51,206 nucleotides of DNA, taken from the NCBI GenBank assembly GCA_035354395.1, contig DAOQAX010000002.1, positions 1 through 51,206 on the forward strand, in the 5' to 3' direction. Positions 17,501 to 27,070 of this stretch are shown piece after piece. This stretch comes from Bacteroidales bacterium. Its GTDB lineage: Bacteria > Bacteroidota > Bacteroidia > Bacteroidales > VadinHA17. The notes under the pieces were generated by a model. That model was not told the origin of the DNA, did not search any database, and was given only the letters and a program-made list of their open reading frames with translations. Within the stretch, counting starts at the first letter, position 1. Each line of letters opens with the position of its first letter. The translations under genes and the position numbers were made by a program.

Positions 17501-18026
17501 TGTAGCACCTCTTACTATGGGGTTGACAAATAATTTTTCGTATAAAAACTTTTCTCTGGATGTTTTGATCGATGGAAAATTTGGTAACAAAGTCTTTTCA
17601 ATGATGGAAGTTTATGGAACCAGGATGGGCCTTACCAAACTGACATTACCCGGAAGAGAAAACGGGTTGGAGTTAAATGGTGTTTTGGCAGATGGTTCTC
17701 CGTATACAAGGACTGTCTCGAAAGAGAATCTCAGAATATATTATGACAATTTTAAATCCTATTCTGAGGTATTCCTGCATGATGGAAGTTTTGTAAAACT
17801 CAGACAGATTATTTTAACTTACAAAATTCCTGTCAACAATCTATCCATCCTGAAAATTCAATCTGCTTCAATTTCTTTAGTAGGCCGTAACCTTGCTATT
17901 CTTTACAGGAAAACGAAAAACTTTGACCCGGAGCAGAGTTATACAAATAGCTCAAATCAGGGATTTGAATCATTTGGACTTCCTAGAACCAGAAGCTATG
18001 GATTAAATCTTATGGTTAAATTTTAA
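14589..18026 (+). CDS. SusC/RagA-family TonB-dependent outer-membrane transporter with N-terminal STN signalling domain (PUL-1)
   Basis: 1145 aa. STN-like N-terminus (LSLNFADTKLVTVLDNIESESDFFFLYNEKLLD), carboxypeptidase-regulatory-like domain (VKGKVTSNTGESLPGVYVTIKGT), plug (VVVTALGIKREKKALPYSV ... GSRAANGVILITTKKG), long barrel ending in ...GLNLMVKF. Confidence 0.95.
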   Translation: MKKNEPFGELFYRSLKKTLPIMRNAIILLFVGILQANAIDSYSQKTRLSLNFADTKLVTVLDNIESESDFFFLYNEKLLDTERKVDVTANNELINIILDDLFRDTDVKYTIIDHKIILAPESLTKTSETSKITEQQQIVVKGKVTSNTGESLPGVYVTIKGTTLGVNTDIEGNYSIQVPDDKSTLLFSFIGFAPQEVVVGNQNVINITLSESMLQITEVVVTALGIKREKKALPYSVSEVKGEEFTQAKENNIGTALVGKIAGVNATGLNTGPGGSSRIIIRGNGSLTGANQPLYVVNGMPIDNTTPGGSATTNGGAGNVDRGDGMAGINSDDIESISVLKGGTAAALYGSRAANGVILITTKKGVAQKGIGVEYNSTFTMETPSIFPDWQYEYGQGDLGRKPTTKSEAIGWGRRSWGAKIDGSDYIAADGLIHPYSAQKNNIKNFYQTAKNFTNTIAFNGGSEGLTYRFSLSDLNSSSVLPNSTYNRKTSNLNLNGKFGKFTVQALAQYTLEDAKNRPTAGDATGNPNWTALMIANTADIRWLSPGYDALNNEIPWNDADVATNGYFVVNKFQQKDTRNRFIGQASINYDIMENLSVKGVVSRDFYNYNYKFIVPTGTRYSVNGNYNALKTDVAETNSMVNINYKKDFGKSFNIVAMAGANSRTYEYLENSISGSQFIIPYFYSQTNLNTITPAVNNQKIETNSIFGSVDAGYKGMVYLTFTGRNDWFSTLSPKNNSIFYPSIGGSFLLSQAVELPETISFAKLRASWAQVGGATPDPYAINLTYSMTPSSGIPLQDVSKNSINNNTITNANLKPLTSTTAEFGMDLQFFDSKLRLDLTYYDRKTTNDIVTTAISLASGYNNVILNVGELKNKGIETLIGATLVKAGDFSWNTSYNLAYNKNNVVKLAEGLDQIQMATTVNNYAYINNIVGRPYGTIVGTRIQKDENGNTVYNQATGNPVATGLQVLGNGVAPLTMGLTNNFSYKNFSLDVLIDGKFGNKVFSMMEVYGTRMGLTKLTLPGRENGLELNGVLADGSPYTRTVSKENLRIYYDNFKSYSEVFLHDGSFVKLRQIILTYKIPVNNLSILKIQSASISLVGRNLAILYRKTKNFDPEQSYTNSSNQGFESFGLPRTRSYGLNLMVKF

Positions 18027-18038
18027 TTGTAAACAACT

Positions 18039-19592
18039 ATGAAAATGAAAAAATATTTATCAACACATATAGTAGTATTTCTATTTATAAGTACAGCGGT
18101 ACTACTGCAGTCATGCGATAAAGGATTTGAGGACCTGAATACTAATCCGGACGCCTCAGGCAAGATAAATCCGGAATATGTTTTCAGTAAAGCACAGATT
18201 GATGCAGCCAGAAATCAGGCGTATGGGACACCGGGAACCATGCAGTATACAACAACATTCAACGAAGTTGCAGGATTTGGTTCTAAATATATATTCCTTC
18301 AGGGTAATGCTCCTTATGTAGTATTCAATAATGGATATGTCAGAGAAATTAATGAAATGGGAGAAGTAATACGTGCAATTAAAGATGATCCCGAACTTAT
18401 TAATGAACTCTCTGCCGCAAGGATCTGGAGAGCATATTGCTTTCACCTGATTACAGATCAATATGGTGATATCCCCTATAGCGAGGCAGGAGCCGGATAT
18501 ACAAAGGGTATTTATAAGCCAAAATATGATGCTCAGGAGGATATTTATGCAGATATGCTTAAAGAGCTTGAAGAGGCTGCTTTGTCTTTTGACCCTTCAA
18601 AAAAGACTTTTGGTAACTCTGACCTGCTTTATGGTGGAAACATCGATAGTTGGAAGAAATTATCCTATTCTTTGATGCTACGGTTAGGCATGAGGCTGAC
18701 AAAGGTTGATGCTAACTTAGCTGAAAGCTGGGTAAAAAAAGCAATAGCTGGAGGAGTCATAACAGAAGATGCTGATATAGCAGCAATTACATCATATTCT
18801 AACGGACAGGATATTAACAAAAATCCTATTGCAAACTCATGGTTGTCAGAAGATTACATCAGAGCTAATGGTCGTGATAACCAGGAAGGTGGAAAATATC
18901 AAAAAAACTTCATTGATTATCTTAAGGCAAATAAAGATCCACGATTGGGAGTCATTTCAGTTGTTTGGGTTGAGAATGGAACAGGTTATAAAGCTGATAC
19001 TGCATTTGATTTACAAAAAGGAATGCCTTCAAATTTTATTAATAAACCTGCAGATTTTGGTGACTATTCAGAACCTAATCCAAATACAATGCTAAAATAC
19101 GAAGCTCCAATGTTACTTGTTACAAATGCTGAAACTAATCTGTTGCTTGCTGAAGCAGCTATCCGAGGCTGGTATACAGGAAATGCATCAGACTTGTTTG
19201 AGAAAGGGACAGGAGCAGGATTGAGACAGTGGTCATTATATGGTTCTGCCGGGGTCATTGACCAAACAAAGATAGATCAATACATTGCTGCTCATCCATT
19301 CAATGAATCAGGCTCATTTGAAGAAAAAATGGATCAGATTCATACCCAGCTATGGGTAGCACTATTTCCAAATTCAATGGAGGCCTTTTCAAACTGGAGA
19401 AGAACTGGCTATCCACAGCTTGTTCCTAATGTCGTCCCTGGAAACGTTACAGGTGGTCAGATTTTCAGAAGAATGATCTATCCTCCATCGGAAGTGAACC
19501 TGAACAAGGAACAATTGGATATAGTAATTGCCAGGCAGGGACCTAATACATTCCTGACAAGAATATGGTGGGACGTTGAAACTGCAAAGTAA
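18039..19592 (+). CDS. SusD/RagB-family nutrient-binding outer-membrane lipoprotein (PUL-1)
   Basis: 517 aa. Lipoprotein signal ...AVLLQSCDKGFEDLNTNPD, 12 nt downstream of susC-1. C-terminal TPR-like motif NWRRTGYPQL. Confidence 0.9.
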   Translation: MKMKKYLSTHIVVFLFISTAVLLQSCDKGFEDLNTNPDASGKINPEYVFSKAQIDAARNQAYGTPGTMQYTTTFNEVAGFGSKYIFLQGNAPYVVFNNGYVREINEMGEVIRAIKDDPELINELSAARIWRAYCFHLITDQYGDIPYSEAGAGYTKGIYKPKYDAQEDIYADMLKELEEAALSFDPSKKTFGNSDLLYGGNIDSWKKLSYSLMLRLGMRLTKVDANLAESWVKKAIAGGVITEDADIAAITSYSNGQDINKNPIANSWLSEDYIRANGRDNQEGGKYQKNFIDYLKANKDPRLGVISVVWVENGTGYKADTAFDLQKGMPSNFINKPADFGDYSEPNPNTMLKYEAPMLLVTNAETNLLLAEAAIRGWYTGNASDLFEKGTGAGLRQWSLYGSAGVIDQTKIDQYIAAHPFNESGSFEEKMDQIHTQLWVALFPNSMEAFSNWRRTGYPQLVPNVVPGNVTGGQIFRRMIYPPSEVNLNKEQLDIVIARQGPNTFLTRIWWDVETAK

Positions 19593-19665
19593 TAGTACCA
19601 TTTAATCATCACTGGTTTTTAATATTAAATAGTTTGTGTCCTTGTAAAAACTTTAGTCAAACTCT

Positions 19666-19699
19666 AAAGAGGCTGTCCCAAAAAGACAGCCTCTTTTTT
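19666..19699 (+). terminator. Rho-independent terminator after susD-1 (bidirectional-looking)
   Basis: aaagaggctgtc (19666-19677), loop ccaaaaa, gacagcctcttt (19685-19696): a perfect 12-bp stem followed by ttt. Confidence 0.8.
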
Positions 19700-19932
19700 G
19701 TTGTTGGATGTATTAAAACTTCATACATTGCTTGGCCCTCTATACAAACAATTAAACTAAGTTCAACCACCTCAGTAAGCTTCTCTTGTGAACCTTGATG
19801 TAAAAGCTGTTCCTGAAGTAGTTCTGAATGTGAGATCCCGGAATGGATACTTCCATGTATTATAATACGGACATTTAAAATTTTATATCCGATAATTAGT
19901 AATTTTGACAAATAACCTCAAAAAGAGCAGAA

Positions 19933-20076
19933 ATGAGAAAATTTTTGAATACTCATAAAAGGCTTTTATTTATGTCTTTATCTATTTTTTTCTTTCTTAT
20001 CTCGATTTCATGTAACCAGAAGAAAACCAATAATTTTGTTATTAATGGTGAACCTGTTGCAAAAACAATAGTGTAG
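19933..20076 (+). CDS. Small 47-aa lipoprotein-signal ORF (genuine small lipoprotein or 5' remnant of a lost gene)
   Basis: Not in the ORF track because it is under 60 aa. ATG at 19933, MRKFLNTHKRLLFMSLSIFFFLISISCNQKKTNNFVINGEPVAKTIV, TAG at 20074-20076. It has a classic n-h-c signal with lipobox ISISC. Confidence 0.25.
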   Translation: MRKFLNTHKRLLFMSLSIFFFLISISCNQKKTNNFVINGEPVAKTIV

Positions 20077-20149
20077 GTCTCCTGTGATCTTCCATGATTC
20101 AATAAATCGGTTTATTATTTTCAGATTTTAAAATTTAATATTAATACAC

Positions 20150-22600
20150 ATGAAAAAAATTCTATCGATTATAGTCATCAACCTTGCCATTGTACTGAAT
20201 ATGTATGCAGGTAATATATCTCTTGAAACTGCATATATGAAACTGGAAATAAATGAGAAGGGATATATTGTCAGTATTTTCGACAAGCTGAATAATTCTG
20301 AATATTTTCCTGCAGGTCAGAATGCACCATTGCTTAGCATACGTTGCAACGGAGAAATTGAAAATCCAAGCCTTATCAGGCAAAAAAGCAACAAAATCAT
20401 ACTTCAGTTCGACAGGAATAAGGTCGAGGCACAGATAATGACTGTTATTAAACAAGATTACATTTCATTTGAATTATCAGCGATTACTCACCCGGAAACA
20501 GTAGAATTAATTGTATGGGGGCCTTACCCAACAACTATCAGTAAGACAATCGGGGAATGTGTTGGAGTGGTCCGTGATGGGCAATTTGCTATTGGAATAC
20601 AGTCACTTAACGTAAAAACTCTGGGAGGTTATCCAAGTGAGGAAAACGATATAGAACCGTCATATGATATTTTGACATCGGCCAATAAGGCCGACATTAC
20701 TCCAGAGTGGAAAAACAAAAAGGTTTATCGTGGACAAACAGCAAGGGTAATGGATTTTGGAAGCATACTTCAGGCATATTGCCGGAACAGGAATAAAGAA
20801 CGAATAATCTCCAACTGGAACCATGAGTATTATGTAGCTCCTGCATTCAACGACGGAGGTGTCATTGGCTCTAAAATTGCCCTCTTTGGCTCGCCTGCGG
20901 GGAAAGCATTGGATATCATCGGACAAATTGAAATATCGGAAGGACTTCCCCACCCTGTCATTGATGGAGAATGGCTGAAGGAAGCCCGGTCGGCTACAGC
21001 TTCCTATCTTATAATGGCATTCAATGAGAATAATCTTGACCGGGCATTGGAAATTACAAAAAAGGCCGGATTAAAATATTTATATCACGGAGGTCCGTTT
21101 AAATCATGGGGACATTTTGTTCTTGATGAAAAGGAGTTTCCTGAGAACTGGACAAGCATGAAAAGATGTGTCGACCGAGCAAATGCACAGGGAATTAAGC
21201 TGGGAGTTCACACTCTGTCGAATTTTATCAATACCAACGATGCTTATGTTTCACCGGTTCCCGATAAAAGGTTGGCAAAAGTAGGAGAAAGTATAATAAC
21301 AGAAAATATTGGGGCAGAATCAGAGGAAATATACATCAAATCACCAACCTATTTCAATCAGATGAAAAACAACTCTCTCCATTCGGTAGTAATTGGAGAT
21401 GAGATTATCCGGTACAGGGAAGTGTCTTCAAACGCACCATGGAAGCTTTTAGGGTGCCAGAGAGGCGCCTTTGATACAAAAGCCTCACCACACAAAAGCG
21501 GAGAAGTCATAGGAAAATTAATGGACCATGGATACAAAGTTTTTTTAAGTAATGAGGAACTCTCTGAAGAAATCTCAAAAAGTATTGCAAAGCTTTTTAA
21601 TGAGACAGGTCTGATGCAGATCTCATTCGATGGATTGGAGGGAGTTTGGTCAACCGGAATGGGACAATATGCGAGAAGTCTGTTTACCAAAACGTGGTAT
21701 GATAATCTGAAGCCTGAATTAAGAGGAAAAGTAATAAACGATGCAAGCAACCCTTCACATTTCAACTGGCACATCAATACCCGTTATAACTGGGGAGAAC
21801 CATGGTATGCCGGATTTCGTGAAAGTCAGACCAATTACCGGCTGATGAATCAGGATTTTTACCAGCGCAATCTTCTTCCATCCATGCTGGGTTGGTTTAG
21901 TATGTCAAATCAGACCAGTGTTGAAGATACAGAATGGCTACTGGCACGGGCTGCGGGGTTTGATGCCGGTTTTGCTTTCAATTTAAGTTTTGAAAATATA
22001 GAAAAGAACGGTCAGAGCGAAGCAATCCTAAAGGCTATTAACACATGGGAAACAGCAAGAATGGCCGGGGCTTTTTCTTCTGAGCAAAAGCTTAAGATGC
22101 AGAATATTAATAATGAATATCATCTCGAATTAAACGGAGAGGGAAAATGGTTACTTTATTCTTACCAGATTAAGCGCTATGTTCATGAACAAAAAGAACG
22201 GCAACCCGGAGAGCCTCTGTACAGTACATTTGAATTCAAGAATCCTTATAAAGATCAGCCAATGATGTTTATTTTAAATCTTTTACCTGCTGAAAACAAC
22301 ATTGGTTCATCAGTTAACAATATTACTCTGGAAGTAAATGATTATTATAAAATTGAAATACCAGTAGAAATGGAACCCTTCCAGATCCTTAAGCTTGATG
22401 AGACCGGTAAGCTGCAATTGTTCGACAAAAACTGGAATTTGATAAGGATAATTGTTGCTGAAGGTAAAATTCCGGTTTTATCAAAAGGCGACAACAAAAT
22501 CAATTTTGACGCTGAATTCTCTGGCGAGGGTTCTTCAAAAGTGAAAATTGAAATGAAAACCATCGGAGAAGCAGAAACTGTGAGTATTGGTAAGAAATAA
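20150..22600 (+). CDS. Secreted 816-aa protein of unknown family (putative novel glycan-active enzyme)
   Basis: Uninterrupted ORF with ATG start and signal peptide MKKILSIIVINLAIVLNMYAG (no lipobox Cys). I recognise no CAZy-family motif. Immediately upstream of nagB and GH20. Confidence 0.7.
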   Translation: MKKILSIIVINLAIVLNMYAGNISLETAYMKLEINEKGYIVSIFDKLNNSEYFPAGQNAPLLSIRCNGEIENPSLIRQKSNKIILQFDRNKVEAQIMTVIKQDYISFELSAITHPETVELIVWGPYPTTISKTIGECVGVVRDGQFAIGIQSLNVKTLGGYPSEENDIEPSYDILTSANKADITPEWKNKKVYRGQTARVMDFGSILQAYCRNRNKERIISNWNHEYYVAPAFNDGGVIGSKIALFGSPAGKALDIIGQIEISEGLPHPVIDGEWLKEARSATASYLIMAFNENNLDRALEITKKAGLKYLYHGGPFKSWGHFVLDEKEFPENWTSMKRCVDRANAQGIKLGVHTLSNFINTNDAYVSPVPDKRLAKVGESIITENIGAESEEIYIKSPTYFNQMKNNSLHSVVIGDEIIRYREVSSNAPWKLLGCQRGAFDTKASPHKSGEVIGKLMDHGYKVFLSNEELSEEISKSIAKLFNETGLMQISFDGLEGVWSTGMGQYARSLFTKTWYDNLKPELRGKVINDASNPSHFNWHINTRYNWGEPWYAGFRESQTNYRLMNQDFYQRNLLPSMLGWFSMSNQTSVEDTEWLLARAAGFDAGFAFNLSFENIEKNGQSEAILKAINTWETARMAGAFSSEQKLKMQNINNEYHLELNGEGKWLLYSYQIKRYVHEQKERQPGEPLYSTFEFKNPYKDQPMMFILNLLPAENNIGSSVNNITLEVNDYYKIEIPVEMEPFQILKLDETGKLQLFDKNWNLIRIIVAEGKIPVLSKGDNKINFDAEFSGEGSSKVKIEMKTIGEAETVSIGKK

Positions 22601-22779
22601 TCACAGTTTAAAATGATAACCGTCAATTTCTTTACCAATTAAATTAAATGCCTTACCTGTTATTATATTTACCATGGTATCTTCGTAAATCATATATTTA
22701 CACTTCAGAACAGGCAAATGTGCCGGTCATTACAACAATATTTTAAACGCACATTAAATCATCCTTTTAAATAAAAAAT

Positions 22780-23508
22780 ATGGAAATAATAATCTCCGAA
22801 AACAAACAGATACTTGGAAAGACAGCTGCAAAAAGAGGTGCTGAATTAATCCGCAAAGCTATCCTCGAAAGAGGAAAGGCAAATATTATTCTTGCTACAG
22901 GGGCATCTCAGTTCGAAATGCTGGGTGAACTGGTAAAAGAAGATATTGACTGGTCGCTGGTAACAGGTTTTCATCTTGATGAGTACATAGGGATATCTGA
23001 TACACATCCTGCATCTTTCAGAAAATATCTCAGAGAACGTTTTGCCGATATAGTATCACCAAAAGCATTTAATTATGTAAACGGTAGTATCGATCCTTAT
23101 GGAGAATGTATGCGTCTTGAAAATTTAATCGGCGAACATCCCATTGATGTTGCTTTTATCGGAATTGGGGAGAACAGTCACATAGCCTTTAACGATCCGC
23201 CTGCTGATTTTGAAACTGAAAAAGCATATCTCGTGGTAAAGCTTGATGAAGCCTGCCGCAAACAGCAACTGGGGGAAGGCTGGTTCCCAACCATAAACGA
23301 TGTTCCTGAAAAGGCAATCAGCATGTCGATAAAGCAGATCATGAAATCGAAAGCCATAATATGCAGTGTCCCTGATCACAGAAAGGCTGACGCTGTTAAG
23401 AAAACTGTAGAAGGCGCCATTTCTCCAATGATTCCTGCATCAGTTATGAGAAATCATAAGGCAGCATGGCTTTATCTTGACAAAGATTCAGCCTCGTTGT
23501 TATCATAA
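22780..23508 (+). CDS. nagB: Glucosamine-6-phosphate deaminase (short NagB type)
   Basis: 242 aa. Motifs [40 protein letters not shown], typical of the GlcN6P deaminase / 6-phosphogluconolactonase superfamily. Confidence 0.8.
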   Translation: MEIIISENKQILGKTAAKRGAELIRKAILERGKANIILATGASQFEMLGELVKEDIDWSLVTGFHLDEYIGISDTHPASFRKYLRERFADIVSPKAFNYVNGSIDPYGECMRLENLIGEHPIDVAFIGIGENSHIAFNDPPADFETEKAYLVVKLDEACRKQQLGEGWFPTINDVPEKAISMSIKQIMKSKAIICSVPDHRKADAVKKTVEGAISPMIPASVMRNHKAAWLYLDKDSASLLS

Positions 23509-23645
23509 GCAGATTTACTATTCATGGTTATCTTCATTATTTTATTTAGAGAGAGTTTAAAAAAATAGTATAATAAAAGCAGATAATCAGTAGTTTAGCA
23601 GTACAAATCACGAATCTGAGTTATTAATCAGATAATAATTTTATT

Positions 23646-25697
23646 ATGCATAAAGCAATCATTTTCTTTGTTTCCGCACTGTCTTTAAGCGGATTGAATC
23701 TCTTTGCCCAAAACCCGGTACTGTTTCCGGCACCACAGAAAATAACATGGGGAAAAAACATGTTTCAGGTTGCAGGTGCAAAAGTGCTTGTATCTGCTGA
23801 TCTGTCATCAAGGGAAGAAAAAACAATTGACCGGTTCATTGCTTTTGTAAAACACAGCACCGGGGTATCACTACCTGTAATTAATAACGGGGATTCTGAC
23901 GAGCAACTGATAGTACTGAATTCCAGTCAGCCCGGTCCGGCTTTACCTGAGATAAATGAACAAACCGGCCCAGGGTCCCGTGAAGCATACAAGATAAAAG
24001 TAACGTCAAAAAGAGTACAGATAAATGCAAATTGCGATGCAGGAGTTTATTATGCACTTCAGACATTACGTCAGTTGATCATCGTTAAGGACAATAATTG
24101 CTATATCCCGGAAGTTGACATTGATGATTATCCGGCTTTTGCATATCGAGGTGTGATGATGGACTTTTCGCATGGCGGATTGCTTACAGAGGAAGAGATA
24201 AAGAATCAGATTGATTTTCTTGCACGATGGAAGCTGAACCAGTATTATTTCTATAATGAAGTAAGTATTGAAATGAAAGGATATCCGCTTCTCAATTATA
24301 ATGCATGTTACTCTCAGGAACAAATCAGGAGGATTGTTGCCTATGGGCTTGAAAGACACGTAGATGTAATACCTTTTGTAAACTTTTACGGACACCTTCA
24401 CGAACTTTTGAGACTCGAAAAATATGCAAGCCTTGGCATAGGACAATATGGACATGAACTTGATCCAGGGAATCAAGCTGTACAGACAGTACTTAAGGAG
24501 TGGATTAAACAATATTCAGAAATCTTTCCAAGCCCTTTTATCCATGTTGGTTTCGATGAGACCTGGGAAACAGAACGACTTCATAAGACAGATTATTCAA
24601 TCAACCCCAGGGAACTTTACCTCCGGCAATTGAACTTTGTCACAAGTACTCTCAGGGGATACGGTAAAAAAGTAATGATCTGGACCGACATTACAAGGAA
24701 TTATCCTGATATCATGTCTGATTTTCCGAGGGATCTGATTCCTGTTATCTGGGAATACTCTGATCAGCCGGGATCAGTCTCAAAATGGCTGAAACCTGTA
24801 TCGAAAGAAAAAATGCCATTTTTTGTGCAATCAGCTGTTGACAACTGGGGAAATGTTTATACAGCCGCTGATTATACTTTCGATAATATCGATATATGTC
24901 TGAAAGCCTGCCGCGATGAAAAAGCTATCGGATATATTACTTCGGTATGGACAGATGCCGTTCAGCCATTAATGAGGAACTCGTGGTTATTCATGGCTTA
25001 CGGAACAGCCGGTGCGTGGCAGAGGGAGCCTTTGAAAAGAGATGAATTCATAAATGGTTTTTGTCAGATAATGTATCCCGGAATATCGGTTCAAATGAAT
25101 AACGCATTCAGAAAAATGGCCGAATCGGAAGCATCCCTGGCAAAATGCCTTGGACTTCACACATTATTGGAGATGTGGTCAGACCCTTTCTCTTCATATC
25201 ACCTTAAAAATACCAAAGATCATATTGATGATTATAAAAATGCAAGAAAAGCTGCAGAAGCAGCTCAGGAGAATCTATTAGAGGCTCTCCTGTCGCAGCC
25301 TGACGATTCGGCATTTATAAAAACCCTGTTAGTCAACAGCCGTCTGCTCGATTATACTGCTTCAAGGTTCATCTGGGCAAGAACCATAGTTGACCGCTGG
25401 AATTGGGATTATGATTGTAATTCAAACGAAAAAGATGACTTTAGCAAAATATATGATACCAACTATTCGACACATGGTCTTACAGTTGATATGATGGATT
25501 ACTGTACTCAGATAAAGGAAGAATATATCAAGGCATGGATATCAGAGAACATGAAATACCGATTGGGCACAATTACCGGAAGGTTCGATTCTGAATATCT
25601 TCTCTGGAGAAATATTTATACCAGGATAGCCGACTTTCAATTACATAACAAAATAAACAGCCAGACAAATAGATTTGAAGATGTAATATTAAAGTAA
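23646..25697 (+). CDS. GH20 beta-N-acetylhexosaminidase
   Basis: 683 aa with a signal peptide. GH20b-like N-domain, then DYPAFAYRGVMMDFSHGG (catalytic barrel start), WKLNQYYFYNE and the catalytic HVGFDETWE (H-x-G-x-D-E). Confidence 0.85.
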   Translation: MHKAIIFFVSALSLSGLNLFAQNPVLFPAPQKITWGKNMFQVAGAKVLVSADLSSREEKTIDRFIAFVKHSTGVSLPVINNGDSDEQLIVLNSSQPGPALPEINEQTGPGSREAYKIKVTSKRVQINANCDAGVYYALQTLRQLIIVKDNNCYIPEVDIDDYPAFAYRGVMMDFSHGGLLTEEEIKNQIDFLARWKLNQYYFYNEVSIEMKGYPLLNYNACYSQEQIRRIVAYGLERHVDVIPFVNFYGHLHELLRLEKYASLGIGQYGHELDPGNQAVQTVLKEWIKQYSEIFPSPFIHVGFDETWETERLHKTDYSINPRELYLRQLNFVTSTLRGYGKKVMIWTDITRNYPDIMSDFPRDLIPVIWEYSDQPGSVSKWLKPVSKEKMPFFVQSAVDNWGNVYTAADYTFDNIDICLKACRDEKAIGYITSVWTDAVQPLMRNSWLFMAYGTAGAWQREPLKRDEFINGFCQIMYPGISVQMNNAFRKMAESEASLAKCLGLHTLLEMWSDPFSSYHLKNTKDHIDDYKNARKAAEAAQENLLEALLSQPDDSAFIKTLLVNSRLLDYTASRFIWARTIVDRWNWDYDCNSNEKDDFSKIYDTNYSTHGLTVDMMDYCTQIKEEYIKAWISENMKYRLGTITGRFDSEYLLWRNIYTRIADFQLHNKINSQTNRFEDVILK

Positions 25698-25836
25698 TAG
25701 ACGCATTATCAGTGTTTATCCCATAATACAGTTAGTATCAGTAACTATTTATCACACAATAATTTTTATATTCTGAACTTTTGTGGCTATCTTGCACGTA
25801 TCCGGCAATTTTCATAATTATAACCACAAATCGATC

Positions 25837-26961
25837 ATGCTAAAGGAATTTAGACATAAAGATATAGAAGAGGTATTTAAAACATCAATCGTTCAGCAGA
25901 CCGCTTATTGGTCGGAGGTAAAGAAAGAACTGGGAGTACGTTCCATTGCATGTAACTTTAAAGTGAGAAGCTCTGATATCTATGATGTTCCCAAAAAAGA
26001 TTATACTATTATTGGTGATATACTGGTAATTATTAAGCAAATTGATAATAAATACACAATGGCTTATGTTCCTTATGGCCCTGAGATTGAACCTCTTGCT
26101 CAGAACCAGGGAACATTTCTCGAAGAATTATCTGAATGTCTTCGCCCCTACCTGCCGAAAAACTGTATTCTTATCAGATATGATCTTTCGTGGGAATCAC
26201 TATGGGCTAAAGAGGATGACTTTTATGACTGCAAGGGATATTGGATTGGTCCTCCCGATAATAAATTTCAGGAGTTCCGCTTTAATCACAATACTATAAG
26301 CTGGAATTTTAAAAAATGTTTATCTAATATACTGCCTTCAAACACAATCTTTCTCGATCTCAAAAAAGATCTTGCTGATATTAAAATGTCAATGAAGCCA
26401 AAAACAAGGTATAATATTGAATTATCGGCCAGGAAAGAAGTAACAGTAAACATTGCCGGTATTGAGAACCTTGATACATGGTACAGGTTATATACTGAAA
26501 CAGCTGCAAGAAATGGTTTTTACTTACACAATATCGATTATTTCAGGGCAGTATTAACCAGCCGGGCTAACAATACCCAATCACCGGCTGAAGTGTTCCT
26601 GCTGATAGCAGGTATAGACAAAATGCCGCTTTCGGCAATGTTCCTTGTTTTAACCGGGAACCGGGGGACTTATCTGTATGGAGCTTCGGCATCTCATCAT
26701 AAAAACCTGATGGCATCTTATGCTGTTCAGTGGGAAGCAATAAAACTGGCTAAAGCAAAAGGATGTACGGAATATGATATGTTTGGAGTATCACCTAATC
26801 CCGATCCTTCTCATCCCCTCTTTGGATTATACAGATTTAAAACAGGATTCGGAGGCGAATTATATCACACAATGGGTTGCTGGGACTATCCGATCATGTC
26901 GGATATGTACGAATATTTTACTGCTGTCGAACTGAAAAGCCAGGGTTTCCATTTAAACTGA
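25837..26961 (+). CDS. FemAB-family (FemX-like) aminoacyl-tRNA-dependent peptidyltransferase homologue
   Basis: Motifs MKPKTRYNIELSARKEVTV, WYRLYTETAARNGFYLHNIDYF, GTYLYGASASHHKNLMASYAVQWEAIKLAKAKGCTEYDMFGV. The track ORF starts at a GTG (25783). I prefer the ATG at 25837 (MLKEFRHKD...). Confidence 0.7.
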   Translation: MLKEFRHKDIEEVFKTSIVQQTAYWSEVKKELGVRSIACNFKVRSSDIYDVPKKDYTIIGDILVIIKQIDNKYTMAYVPYGPEIEPLAQNQGTFLEELSECLRPYLPKNCILIRYDLSWESLWAKEDDFYDCKGYWIGPPDNKFQEFRFNHNTISWNFKKCLSNILPSNTIFLDLKKDLADIKMSMKPKTRYNIELSARKEVTVNIAGIENLDTWYRLYTETAARNGFYLHNIDYFRAVLTSRANNTQSPAEVFLLIAGIDKMPLSAMFLVLTGNRGTYLYGASASHHKNLMASYAVQWEAIKLAKAKGCTEYDMFGVSPNPDPSHPLFGLYRFKTGFGGELYHTMGCWDYPIMSDMYEYFTAVELKSQGFHLN

Positions 26962-27070
26962 GGTCAGAAAAACAGACTCCCCACATATTTCCATGGATCT
27001 TCAGATATTTGTTCTTTCACCAAATATTGATTATCTTTATTTTTTTGAAACCACTTAATATCAATACATT

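Noticed and set aside
19857-19868. Perfect 12-nt palindrome GTATTATAATAC upstream of the small lipoprotein ORF
   Set aside because: Perfect 12-nt AT-rich palindromes are expected by chance several times in 51 kb of AT-rich DNA. There is no second copy and no nearby regulator gene.
19657-19911. 84-aa minus-strand ORF after susD-1
   Set aside because: It reads straight through the 12-bp-stem terminator at 19666-19699. It has no motif and no plausible start context.
25783-25836. GTG-initiated N-terminal extension of the FemAB-like ORF
   Set aside because: The 18 extra residues (MAILHVSGNFHNYNHKSI) have no signal or domain character, and an ATG follows at 25837. This remains uncertain.
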